Below, piece by piece: positions 1 to 11,843 of a DNA stretch of 64,000 nucleotides. The stretch's first letter is position 1. Every line of letters begins with the position of its first letter. Position numbers and translations under genes: made by a program. The notes beneath the pieces are model-generated. The model saw only the letters and a program-made list of their open reading frames with translations. It did no database searches and was not told the origin of the DNA. Source of the stretch: Prorocentrum cordatum (taxonomy: Eukaryota); NCBI GenBank assembly GCA_963575745.1, contig CAUYUJ010000159.1, positions 248,001 to 312,000 of the forward strand, given 5' to 3'.

Positions 1-1424
1 AATCCACAGCACCTTGCGCGGCATGTCGTGGATCGGGAGCAGGGCGATAAGCCAGGGAGGGGAAGCAGAGAAGTGGGGCATCAGCCCACCACGCCACTGT
101 TCACATACCCAATAGAGTCGAGAACATCGAGCACAATGGGTAACAGCATCGAAACAGGAAAGAGTAATAGGGTCGAGCGGGTCGGAAGGGACAACTAAGA
201 AGACAAGCGTGAGGATGAGTGTGCAACCTGGCCGACGTGTTCATACCGCGAGCAAGGATACGCAAGAAAATGAAACCCGCATGAGGGCCTGAGCGCTTCA
301 CAACAAATGTTACCGCCATCACAACGTGGACCGTAACCTCCTCCGAAAAAAGGACCCCCATCCACCTCCTCATTCGCAGCGGCAGCATCGCGCAAACATG
401 GGGCGAGAACTCGGGCAGCGCCACTCACATACGCGTGACGGTCGCCTGCAGGGGCGCTCCGCCCTCAGGCATGCCTGTCGGTGTAGCGCGCAAAATGCCA
501 TGAACACTGCGGAAAAATTCGCCCAGCCAGACATTGTCCTCGCAACGCTGGCCTCATCGCTCCGAAATGATCTTGCCAGGCCCTCTAAGATCTCCAAGGT
601 TTCGTCGCACCTCCAGACCCGACGGAATTTCAACGCCCGAGATACCACTTCCAAATTCTTTAACCGGCAAAGAACTCCCAAGTTCGCCAGGTCGGCGAGA
701 ATCTCGTGCTTAAAGCAAAACCTCGGACCGATCACCATTACCTGGACGGCACTCTTGCATGCAGCATGCGCGGCGTGGGAAGGGGGCGCAAACTGCAGGA
801 TAAATGACAACATGCTTTAGCGGAGAGCGCGGGGCGTCGGGATATTCTCCACGAGGGCAAGGCCTGCCTGTCTGACCCCCCGAACACGAAGAGCAACTTT
901 CGCCGCCGGTTTAGTCCAGCAGCTATCAGCAGCTGAAACTCCAATCATCCCGTCAAGATATTCACGCGCCGTCGCCGCGACGACCTGCGCCTGGGCGAGC
1001 TCAGGGAGATGCCCACAGTCATATCGCTGCAGCGTCACCCGAGAGACCGTCGAACTCACAAGCACAATGCGCGCGGCAATATTCAAAGATAGACCGACGG
1101 CGGCACCGATAACACGAAACGTGTCAAACAGCCTGGACATGTGACGCAGAGTGCGTCGAAGTCCATATATTCAGCCATCCGTATATTTGAGCCCCCCCCC
1201 CCCCCCCCCCCCCGACAACTCTCACGGACAAAATCTTGTAGAGGAGCAGCCCGTCGAATGCAGGGCCGCCCCGTCGAGCCCCTACGAGCAACGCAAATCG
1301 TCTCAGAAACCTGTCCCGCGATCGAAATCAACGCAGTGCCATCGCTATCAAACATCCAAAAGACAACTGGACAATGAAAGTAAGAACTCCCATCTCGGCC
1401 AGAACCTCCAGGGGCCAATCCATC

Positions 1425-1433
1425 GAGAGAGAG

Positions 1434-1489
<56 letters not shown>

Positions 1490-1653
1490 AAAAAAAAAAA
1501 AAAAAAAAAAAAAAGAAGGAGAAATCTATATATATAGAGAGAGAGAAGAGAGACAGAGAAAACAATTGAGAAAAAAAAGAAAGAGAGAGCGAGAGAGAGA
1601 GAGAGAGAGAGAGAGAAAAAAAAAAAAGAAAAGGAGAAAGAGAGAAGGAGAGA

Positions 1654-1686
<33 letters not shown>

Positions 1687-1951
1687 CGAAACAAAAAAGG
1701 GAGAGAGAGAGAGAGAGAGAGGGTGCGAGAGAGAGAGAGAGAAAAGAGAAATAGAGAAAGAGAGAAAGAGAGAGAGAGAGAGAGACAACAATAAAAGAAA
1801 GAGAGAGTGAGACAGAGAAAGATAGGGCGAAAGAGAGAACTAAAAAGAGAAAGAGAGAAGGAGAGAGAGAGAGAGAGAGAGAAAACAAAAAAAGAAAGAG
1901 AAAGAGAGGGTGAGAGAGAGAGAGAGAGACAACAATAAAAAGAAAAAGAGA

Positions 1952-2011
<60 letters not shown>

Positions 2012-2066
2012 TAAAACAAAAGGAGAGAAAGCTTTAACGAGAGAGACAGAGAGATAGAGAGAGAGG
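1425..2066. repeat. Compound (GA)n/A-rich microsatellite
   Basis: Direct reading; splits the RT region of the degraded LINE. Confidence 0.95.
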
Positions 2067-3662
2067 GGGAATGCAGCAGAGTAGCCCGCCAGCGCCAACG
2101 AACTGTCCTGTCTGCCCTGCGCGCGCCCAGGCCTGAACTACACGCCTGCCACGTCGAAAACAATCGAGCGAGCAACATCATTGCGCGGGCGGCGCATGCG
2201 CGAGCTCACCAGCTCGGCGATAAGTATTGGCCATGGAAAATGGACGAACGACTGCATGGGGTCCTATAATTCAGGACTCGCGCCATCCCTAGACTCACCT
2301 CTTCGGAAGGAAAGCCACCGGCACCTCCAACATATCCCGCGGTAGATCCCAATGCCCCCCCCCCCCCGACCAGGCCCCGATGAACATTGAAGAGGACGCG
2401 CGGAGCGCCCCCGAGACGCCAGCGGCAGTGCGGGGCCCCGCGAGGTCCAGGCATACTATGTTTCCTTTGTTCTGATGATGTCCCGCATAAAAGTCTCGCG
2501 GTCCACTTCCCAAGACGCCGATTCTCATGCAGGCACCTGTCGGACAGAAGACAGTAGGTCCCCCCAGTGGTTCCGCCAGGTCTGCCGAGGCAGCAGGGGC
2601 AGGGCATGGGTGGCCATCTGGGCACAGGGCTCCTTGAAACCGCGCGCGGCGACGGCGCTGCTGCCGGAGCACTTTCCGCCGCGCAATAGTTCCCCTCCGT
2701 CTCTGGAAGCCATCTGGCGGGCCACTCTCGAGTTCCAGCGCGGCAGCTTCTAAAATATCTAAGTGCAACTCGCGGACGCGTTGGCAAAAAAGCTTGACTA
2801 TCAGCACAAACAACGGTAGAGTCATCGATATAATCAGATAGTTGCAGGTAGTATGTCAAGGCATTGCCATTCAACTTTATGCTCTGAAGTCTCCAACCTC
2901 CAATCGTAGTCATGGCCCAGCGATGGCGCCCATCGCGCGCGGCAGCGACCCTAAACTTAACGCGGCGACGGGCGCGGGAAGCAACCGAGTGCATGCGCGC
3001 TTTAGTCCAGGCAAGCGCTCGCCACCCCCATCCGCGGGGCTGCACGTCGACGTCGTCGACGCGATGGGAATGCGATCCGAGGGCGCGTCAATCGTCGAGA
3101 GTCCGATCGTCGATGTCATAGCCGCCGCGTCAGCAAGGATAGCACTGGGCAGCGAGCGGCAAATTCTGCCCAGCCTAGAAGCATGGCCAATCACGCGATC
3201 CACAATAGCACGACGCGCGTCCACTTCAGGGCGCAACTCGATCAAATCGGGGAGGTGGGAGTCGAACGCCCGGGCATGGCATCGGCCCCCAGGGCTCCAC
3301 GTGCCACCGCGCGCTTCGCGGCGCCCTCCCCCTTCCAGAGTGAAGTTCCGGTCCCCCGACAGGATCCTGATGCGCTCAGCAGACATCAGAACGCCCCGAC
3401 TAACCAAACGCAGTGCATGCAAATATGCATTGACATGCTCAGAGGCGTTCGGCACGCGTGCGCTCTCGCAATATTACACTGCCCAAGCGTGCCCTTCATA
3501 GCGGCGGTTAGCGCCGGGCCATCGGTCAGCGGGCGGCGCTCAATTCAAGTGGACAGACGCGCGACAGACTTGCCTGCGGCTGCGACCGCCCCCCCCCCCC
3601 CCCAGCGCCAGCGCGATCAGGAAACAACGAGAAGCCGGACTATGCCAGACTTGCGGGCGGGA

Positions 3663-4058
<396 letters not shown>

Positions 4059-5600
4059 GACCCGCGGGTTCCTGGGATAGCGAAAACGTTCGCAGGACTG
4101 GCGCAAACGCTCGAACGCGGCAATCATCTTCTGGGCACGGTCTTGACTAGGGGGCTGAACAGACACGATCATTCCCCCAGCATTCCACGAGCACGCAGAG
4201 AAGGGAGAGGGAGGACAGAAAAAAGGCAATCACACTTCTCGATCGGGCACATCGCACGGCGCTGGACTAATTACGAGCGACGGCAGAGGTGAAACAGGCG
4301 AAACTGCAGACAACTGTGGCGCAGGCTGATCACATGCGGCTGGGCCGCGCACCTCGCCCACGAGCACGCCCCCCTCGCCCAGCGCGCAAGCCCCCTCGGT
4401 CGCAGTCGCCGGGGGCGCCCGCCAAGCGCCATCCTACAGTTGCAGCTTGTTCTTCGTAGCAATATCGGTGATGAGATCAATCTCGGCGCCCGTGAACCGC
4501 CATCGGCACAACTCCCCGCGGCGCGGTGCCATCGCGAAAAAGCTTCCTTCCGTCTTCAGCGCGAACAGCGCCCATGAATCCTGGCCAATGGAGATCGGAG
4601 GCCGCCGAGAACCATTGCCCGAGCAACCCGTGCGCAGGTTCACATTCCAGACACCTTTGTTCACGAGCTTGATCTTCATCGGCCCCCCAAGGCATGAGAG
4701 AGTCGCTGCTCCTCATCCTCGCGGAAGGACGAATATCACCACGCGCGCGAAACAAAAGTCTCGGCGCGATCACGACAGTCGGGCCAACTCGAAGCAGACG
4801 TGGAAGCCCACTGTTTGAAACGCGTCGCTGCCTAAGATGCGTTGAAGATCACCGAATATGAGCGACTAGTGCGCTGGAATCTGGCCCCCGTGTCAGCGAC
4901 GATCTCTCGTGGCATCTGCGTCTTGTGCCACTCCCAATGCCACGTGGCGATGCTGCGGCATAACTTCACGGGGTCAGCCGCCAATCCATGCGCGGCGCGG
5001 GTTGCTCTGACCCTTGTCAGCGGCAGTTCCCGTAAAGAGGTCAACGGCAGCAGGAGTAGCAGCTCGCTTGCGACTGTGACCTTGCTCGGCGCTAGCAGCA
5101 GTGGAACACGGGCGCGAGGACGATGCGAACTGCTCGTCTAGGTCGTGAAACAAGCCTCCATGTTCGCTTCCATCTCGGCATCGGCAGCGCGTTATCGGCC
5201 ATCGTCATCAACTACAATGGGGGCATTCGAAATCTGCTGAAACCTCACCTCCCACTAAGAAGACATCGTAGACACTACGTTTAGCAACTCTTGTGCAGAA
5301 GAGACCTGTTGGGCCTGAAGGCCTTGACCCTGGATCTCGAGCTCGTCGGTGCGTGAATTGGCCGAGCTGATCGCCGTGAGCAAGTCGCTTCCGAAATGTC
5401 GGCACCTCCCGACGTCATGGCAGCAGTATGAGAGTCGACTGTAAAACGCTGAGAAGAGCTTACACTAGCAAAATGCGCGAATAAGCTCGCACTGTGCAGC
5501 GCGAAAAAGAAGCAAGGAACCTGCTCGGGCAAACACCTGTGGTTCCAGGCGCGCACGGCCGCCTCGCCACCTCGAAACGGGGGAGTTCCCGATATTGCCG

Positions 5601-5637
5601 CTTGAGCAAAAATGGTTTGAACCAAAATTGCTACGGA
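5601..5637 (-). other. Full-length dinoflagellate spliced leader followed by a tandem relict SL
   Basis: Reverse complement is TCCGTAGCAATTTTGGTTCAAA (19/22 match to DCCGTAGCCATTTTGGCTCAAG), then immediately CCATTTTTGCTCAAG (14/15 match to SL nt 8-22). Confidence 0.88.
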
Positions 5638-5689
5638 TCTTCCCACCCCTGCACTTTTTCCTCCCCCTCTCCCCCCTCCACTTTGCATT

Positions 5690-6222
5690 GGGCGGCAATA
5701 TTAGCCGCCCTGGCTCCCTGTTCCCGCGGATTCTGTATCCTTCCGGCGGCGGTCACATTTCCTGCTGCGCCGTGGGCGGGGCCACTCGAGCTCACAACGC
5801 CGTGTGCGACCTATCCTACGACTTTCCCTGGACAGCTGACGACGTCACCAAGAAGGAGCCTCTGGAGGTGATCCTTTCCCGTCCATCGTTTCGCCCCGCC
5901 GATGCGCTGTTTCCCGCGGTCCTGTCGGGCCTCGCGGCAACGCTGGACGTAGGAATCACCTGCGTGGAAGCCGTAAGTAGCGGGGCCGCGGCAGCGGCGA
6001 TGTACCAGCGGATAATTAGTGAGCGCGAATCCTTCGCGGAGTAGCTGGCCGCGCAGAACGTCGCCTGCATGCCAGGGGTTGGGGCGAACTTCGGCCGCCC
6101 GCACCCTGGCGCGTTCACCGTGATCCGTGATCCGCGCGCCATCGCGAGTCGGGTCGCTAGGCAGCGCGGGCACGCGTCTCAGCAGGTCGTACTGCGCCAA
6201 TTATCGCGCAATGTTGGCGCTG
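5690..6222 (+). pseudogene. C-terminal Zn-knuckle/restriction-like endonuclease fragment of a CRE-type non-LTR retrotransposon
   Basis: H.SCCAVGG.T.AHNAVCD...KEPL....RPAD.....TLDVGI...MPGVGANFGRPH matches the CCHC plus PD-(D/E)xK RLE layout. In-frame stop at 6042-6044. Confidence 0.7.
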
Positions 6223-6224
6223 AT

Positions 6225-6397
6225 CAGAGAAAAGAAAACTGGCGCTCCGCGCGGATTTCTTGGATCAGCGCTGGACCCCCCTCCATGGCGCGCGGAGCGC
6301 GCCAGGGACGGCGCCGGAGGCGCCGCCAGAGGGGTCCCAGCGCAGATCCGAGAAATCCGTGCGGAGCGCCAAAAGTCTATGGAATTTGTTCTTTTTC
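6225..6397. mobile_element. T-shaped palindromic MITE-like element, family T copy 1
   Basis: ~40-bp inverted arms (6240-6279 / 6331-6371) enclose two GC hairpins: TGGCGCGC-GGA-GCGCGCCA and CGGCGCC-GGA-GGCGCCG. Confidence 0.7.
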
Positions 6398-6730
6398 GAC
6401 CTGCGATCGCCAGGCGCGCGGCGCGCACGAGCTTAGCCGGCAGATGTGGGCAGGCCTCCCGGGCTCGAGCCCGGTGCCCCTAGCGTGCGCGCCGCTCGCG
6501 CGCACCCCGATGCAGCGGAGATTGCCTGCCGCGAGTGCACCACTCAGGGCGCGTTCCTTGCCCGTCCTTTCCCTTTTGTTCGGCCTCCTCTCCCCATCGT
6601 TCCTCCTCCTCCTCCTCGTCCTCCTCCTCCTCGTCCTCCTCCTACTCGTCCTCCTCGTCCTCCTAGGTGGCTCCGCAGCGGGCCGCGCGCCGCCGCAGCA
6701 TTTTGCCCCGCGGCCGCCGCGGCCCGTGCC

Positions 6731-7936
6731 ATTGCAGAGCCCCCAGCGCCGACGGCGCGCAGCCCGAGCAGACCCGCGAGGTCACGCTCCCCTGCCTGGC
6801 ACAGGCGCCTCCGCAGGCGCAGGAGCCAGGCGCGCCAGGATCTCCAGCTGGCGAACGCCCGCCTCCTCCTGAACCTCCACCACGGCAGCATGGCACCGAC
6901 GCAGTGGACGACGTGCAAGCAGTGCAAGATGTGGTGGTGGATATCGCAGATGGAGTCGCGCGACTACTGGTGCTCCTGCGGCTGCCGAGTTGCTAGGCCC
7001 AAAGGAGATATGACGAAGGGCGACGGCAACGCAGGCAAGGGCAAGGGCAAGGGCAAGGATATGGACAAAGACAAGCAGCACCGTACTGACGGTGCCACGG
7101 GCTCCAACCAAAAGAAGGGCTTTGCGCAGATAGCCACGGCCTTGCAGACGATGACGAGCTCCCTGGCCACCCTCCAGTGCGACAACAAAGACGGCATCGC
7201 CAAGCAGCTTACGAGTGTGGCCACGGCACTCCAAGCAGCGGCGAGTTCCCCAGCACAGGTTCCCAAGTCCCGAGCACTACGGTTGGCAGAAGCAGCAAGG
7301 AAACTCGAGGACGCGAACAAAAAGTACAAATGGGCGTTCGATGCAAAGCAGTCGGCGGACGAGAAGGCGAAGAAGGCAACAGAGTGGCTCACGGCCAGCG
7401 CCGACGACGCCCTGAACGCGGAGAAGGAAATAGAGATGATCCAGCAGGAGGGCAAGGAGAAGCCGAAGAGCATATTCGACCAGCTGCTGAACGCAGACAC
7501 GGAGATGATCCAGCCTTCGGAGATCGAGATCGCCGAGGTCGAGGCGCACTTCCAATACGATGAGGACATGGATGAAGAAGGAAAGCGGCAAGTGGAATTA
7601 GCGAAGAAGCAAGTCCTGGAGCATCTACGGCAGACGGCATCAACCTTCAGGGGCCAGCTGAAAGACCACTTGCAGCAGGCGAAAGACAAAGCACAGCAGG
7701 AGCGCGCCACAATCACCCAGGCCTACAAGAAGCGCAAGGCGGGCTCAGGTGAAGTATCGAAGGAGACGCAGGCAGCCCCAGCAGCGGCCCCAGCTCCAGC
7801 AGCAGCGCCCGCACCTGCAGGCGAGCCCGACGACATCCTCGTCGACGGTGCAGACGCCTTCCTGGAGCAGCGCAGGAAGGCGGAGGAGGCAGCTGGCGGC
7901 AGCGGAGGGGCAAGCGCTGGCTCAGGCCAGCACTAG
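6731..7936 (+). CDS. LINE-A ORF1 (first AUG 6890; putative AUU start 6731): Cys Zn-finger, KG repeat, long coiled coil
   Basis: W..CKQC...WCSCG, GKGKGKGK, and heptad-rich Ala/Glu/Lys helices. Intact frame. Confidence 0.75.
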   Translation: MAEPPAPTARSPSRPARSRSPAWHRRLRRRRSQARQDLQLANARLLLNLHHGSMAPTQWTTCKQCKMWWWISQMESRDYWCSCGCRVARPKGDMTKGDGNAGKGKGKGKDMDKDKQHRTDGATGSNQKKGFAQIATALQTMTSSLATLQCDNKDGIAKQLTSVATALQAAASSPAQVPKSRALRLAEAARKLEDANKKYKWAFDAKQSADEKAKKATEWLTASADDALNAEKEIEMIQQEGKEKPKSIFDQLLNADTEMIQPSEIEIAEVEAHFQYDEDMDEEGKRQVELAKKQVLEHLRQTASTFRGQLKDHLQQAKDKAQQERATITQAYKKRKAGSGEVSKETQAAPAAAPAPAAAPAPAGEPDDILVDGADAFLEQRRKAEEAAGGSGGASAGSGQH

Positions 7937-10213
7937 GGACCACAGCGGAGGGGCAGGCGACCCGTTGGCGACGCCGAGCCCCTGGACCGCACGATCTTTT
8001 TCGCCAACATATCAACGTGGGGACCTACGGCCAAGAGTTGGATCCGACGCGACGGGCTTCAGCAATACTATGGTGCTTATGCGCTACAGGAAACACACTT
8101 GGCACATGCACAAATCAATAACGTGGAATACGAGCTGCAGAGATCTGGGTTCCCAGCAGTTTTCACGGAAGCCAGGCAGAGCGAGAAGAACCTGAAGGGG
8201 TCCCACGGTGGCACAGCTGTCATCACCAAGGGCCACCTGAAGGCTACCTCTTTACGCCACAAGGCACGGGCAGACACGACCTCGAGTGTGACTACTCTCC
8301 AAGGGCCGTGCGACATGGATATGATCGACTGGACGCCAGTCACGCTCCACTTGAAGGGCACATCGCTGCTCATCATCTCCCTCTACTTGGACCCGAACGC
8401 CTCCCTCGTCGACGGGGTAAACGACAGGAAGTTGACCTCGCTCGCGGCATTCCTACATGCTACCTCTGTGCCGTGGATCATCTGCGGCGACTTTAATTGC
8501 GAGTTCGACGCACTCGAGGAGACAGGGTGGCCGACGGCACTGGGCGCGACGGGTGTGGTCCAATTGCCAGAGGGCCAGAACACGTCCTTCTTAGGTGACG
8601 CGACCCCCTCGAACATAGGCTACGCCCTGGTCAACCCTGGTGGCCAGAAACTTGTTCGAGGTATACACGCTGTTCACGATGTACCTGGGAAACCACATGT
8701 GGGGCTGGTTATTGCAATACAGGCAGCGGCGCAGGTGAACGAATGCAGGAGATTATGCATGCCGAAAGCATCTCCCCACCCCAAGTTGTCGAAGAAGGCC
8801 AACCCCAACAGCAAAGCAGCAAAGAAGAAGAAGAAGAAAGCAGCGCTACCAGTCCTGGACGAGTCTGACAGCCTCTCCGATGACGAGGCCGCCGAGACCG
8901 TCACGGCGAGATGGGAAGCCCTTGGACCAGACGGTTGTAAGAGAAACCAGACTGGGGCGATCGCTGACGTCGAGACCAGCAGACCCGTCCCAAGACGAGT
9001 CGTCACACAAATGGACAGCGAGGACATAGACCCCTTCGTCGACCTAGATGCGAACCTTCTTCTTAACACGGACGGCAACATACTCATGCCCGAAGATGGC
9101 GAAGGGGCCTGGGACACACCAGAGGCGAAGGATACTACTCAAAAGGCGGAGAGCACGGATGAGACCATGCACGACCCAAATGCAGCCACGACCAACTCGT
9201 CGGACCTGTCGAAGGAAACCCACAGGACCTCCTCACAGACGATGCAGCAGCGGATCGCGGACAAAGCAGCAGGGGTGATCACCGCAATCAGGGGCGATGC
9301 TTGGGAGGTGGCAGCGCAACTGCAAACCTTGGAGTCGACTGACACAGCCCCCGAGCACATAAAGCAGAGTGCAGCATACAAGACCGACCTGAACGGTACT
9401 GAACGACTAGGGCGGCAACACCACCAGTTCATCGGCACGCTGGAGAAATTCTATTGCATGGCTTACAAAGTGGATTGGGCAGGCAGAGCAGTATTTCGCG
9501 GGCGTGGGCACCCTTACGATTACAAGACAGCGCAGCTGACTGGTGAAACAGACTGGTGGAACAGGGCCGACATAGTGCAGAGCACCCTGGTCAAACTACA
9601 AGAACGCGGGCGAGGCCTTCAACAGCAGGAAGCACGCGCCAGCGCAGGACGACGCCTCGTTCGGGAAGGACTGCCACCAGTTGAGAAGGGGGCCTCGCAC
9701 GCTGACATGCACCACCAGCAGATATGGGCAGATAAGATGACAGCGCTGGAACCGATACCACTCAAGCAAGACATGCGGGACAGCAGCAAGCAGTGCAATC
9801 TATGGTTGGCGAAAGCAGAGAAGACCATCGGAGTACGGCATCGGATCAATAAGCCGCCACCCCGACATGAGCATGATATACATACTGAATACGGCACCAT
9901 ATGCAGCCCGAAGGATACGATTGACAAGCGTGGTGTCGATTTTCAAAGGTTATGGGAACGCGAAGATGCACCACATACATCACACGAAGGTTATTTGAAG
10001 GAACTCAGACGAGATGCGCGAGAAGAAAATGAACACGACCCCTGGACCATCGAGGACCTGATCAAGTGCTCGAAAGGCGAACCCGACAAGGGAAAGGGAG
10101 TGGACATGATTTGCACGACGGACCTGAAAAGACTACCCACCGCAGGGAAGCAGACCCTGATCAGCCTCCTCAACCAATGTGAGCGGGACCTTACCTGGCC
10201 GTGGCAGTTGTTA
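7937..10213 (+). pseudogene. LINE-A ORF2 5' part: apurinic-like endonuclease + linker + RT domain 0
   Basis: IFFANIST, LQETH, GGTAVI, ISLYL, IICGDFN, SNIGY, KPH motifs. The frame continues in phase directly after the ORF1 UAG and reads into foreign sequence until 10708. Confidence 0.8.
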
Positions 10214-10292
10214 CCGTCGGCAAACTGGTTCATGAAGGCAGCGGAGGAGAAGACAGAGGAGACTGCGGATGATCGAGATACAGATACCGAGC

Positions 10293-11640
10293 ATGCCCAA
10301 CTGGCCCGCTCCTCGGGGTTGGGCACAAGTGCGACGCAGAGCACCAGTCCAGCATCGCAGACGCACAAACGTCGCCACGATGCTGGATCGGCCCCAGGTG
10401 GCACGCACTGCTCGCCCGCAGCCGAAAGGCCGTCGAGGGTTGAGGGTACCGACCATCTGGGGTGTCAGAACGCGGCTTCTCAGATGCCCACCCGTCGCCA
10501 TGCCGCTGGATCCGCCCCAGGTAGCACGCACTGCTCGCCCACAGCCCAAAGGCCATCGAGGGTAGAGGGTATCGACAACCTGGGGAGCCAGAACGCAACG
10601 ACCAGTCACAGCTCACGAGCGGCAGCGGAGACAATAACCAGAAGAAGGAGAAGCCGCACTCAATTCCCCGACACGAGAGCGCCCCTGCAGCAGGGCATCA
10701 TGATGTAAATACGGGGTTCCCGCGCCATCGAGGAGGCTGAAGCGCCACTCCACCGAGCAGATGAAGACCCGCGGCCTGATTACCCTCCAGAACATGAAGT
10801 TGGAGCAATCAGAGGAGTATCACCCGCGGGCACCCACACATCTGGGAAGATCTTTGCAGAGAGCTCGGGCGCTACGACGCGAACCCGTTCGGCTAACCCG
10901 ACGACGAGAGCAGGCCCGACCCCGAGGGCCCACGCGCCGACACGCGCGGGCCCGCCACCTCCAGTGCAAGCAGAAGCACGACCAGAAGGTGAACCACGGC
11001 TCCGCGCGCCTCCGCAAGACGCGCGCGGAGTTAAGGCGGCCTCAGGGCGCGGCCCTGGACAAGGTACGAATGCCCAACTGGCCCGCCCCTCGGGGTTGGG
11101 CACATGTGCGACTCAGAGTACCAGTACTACGGCCAGACGCAGAACACGAGAGGCGACAGCTGGTACAACCAGCAGAAGGAGAAGCAGACCTCAGCTCCCC
11201 GACACGTACACCCTCCTGCAGCAGGTCAACAAGAAGCAGTTACGAAAAACTCACGCCATCGAGGAGGACGTGGCACCACTCCTCCACGCTGACGAAGACC
11301 CTCGACCTGCTCACCTATCGCACCACGCACCTGAAGCTGGAGAGGGTCGAGGAGGCCCACCCTCGGGCACCCCCACGTCGGGGGCGCCCTCGAAGAGGGC
11401 GCGGGCACTACGACGACGCGGACCACTACGGCAAGCCCGACGGCGAGAGGGAGGCCGACCCCGAGGGCCCACGCGCCCACGCGCGAGGGCCCGCTCCCAC
11501 CTGCTGAGGCCGCAGCTCGCCAAATCGGCATGCCACGGCTCCGCACGCCTCCGCAAGATGCGTGCGGAGAAAGGGCGGCCTCAGGGCGCGGCCCTTGACG
11601 ACGGCTCCGAGCGCCTCCGCCAGACGCGCTCGGAGAAAGG
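10293..11640. repeat. Nested duplications: 123-bp tandem pair, ~540-bp diverged pair, and two copies of a structured 56-bp motif
   Basis: cgtcgcca..gctggatc at ~10370 and ~10493; cgccatcgaggag...gaagaccc at ~10721 and ~11254; atgcccaactggcccgc...gttgggcac at 10293 and 11070. Confidence 0.75.
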
Positions 11641-11732
11641 GCGGGGCCCAGGCCCGCGGCCCTTGAGCGGAGCCCCGCGCGGGGGTGCGCGGGGCCAGAC
11701 TCGCACCTGCGAGAGGCGGAAAGCCCTGAAAG

Positions 11733-11843
11733 TCCTCCTCGTCCTCCTCGTCCTCCTTCTCCTCCTCCTCCTCCTCCTCCTCCTCCTCCTCCTCCTCCTC
11801 CTCCTCCTCCTCCTCCTCCTCCTCCTCCTCCTCCTCCTCCTCT
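11733..11843. repeat. (CCT)n microsatellite
   Basis: Direct reading. Confidence 0.95.

Larger units (their letters stand above)
6693..10213 (+). mobile_element. LINE-A: ORF1 + APE ORF2, 3'-truncated just before RT motif 1
   Basis: Zn-finger/coiled-coil ORF1, APE domain, and RT domain 0 (KGKGVDM...LKRLP...LLNQCE..WPWQLL), then an abrupt switch to unrelated repeats. Degenerate SL-like CCGCAGCATTTTGCCCCGCG at 6693-6712. Confidence 0.8.

Noticed and set aside
10214..10708. C-terminal ~165 aa of the 869-aa ORF as part of LINE ORF2
   Set aside because: RT homology stops at WPWQLL; the remainder is read-through into unrelated duplicated sequence.
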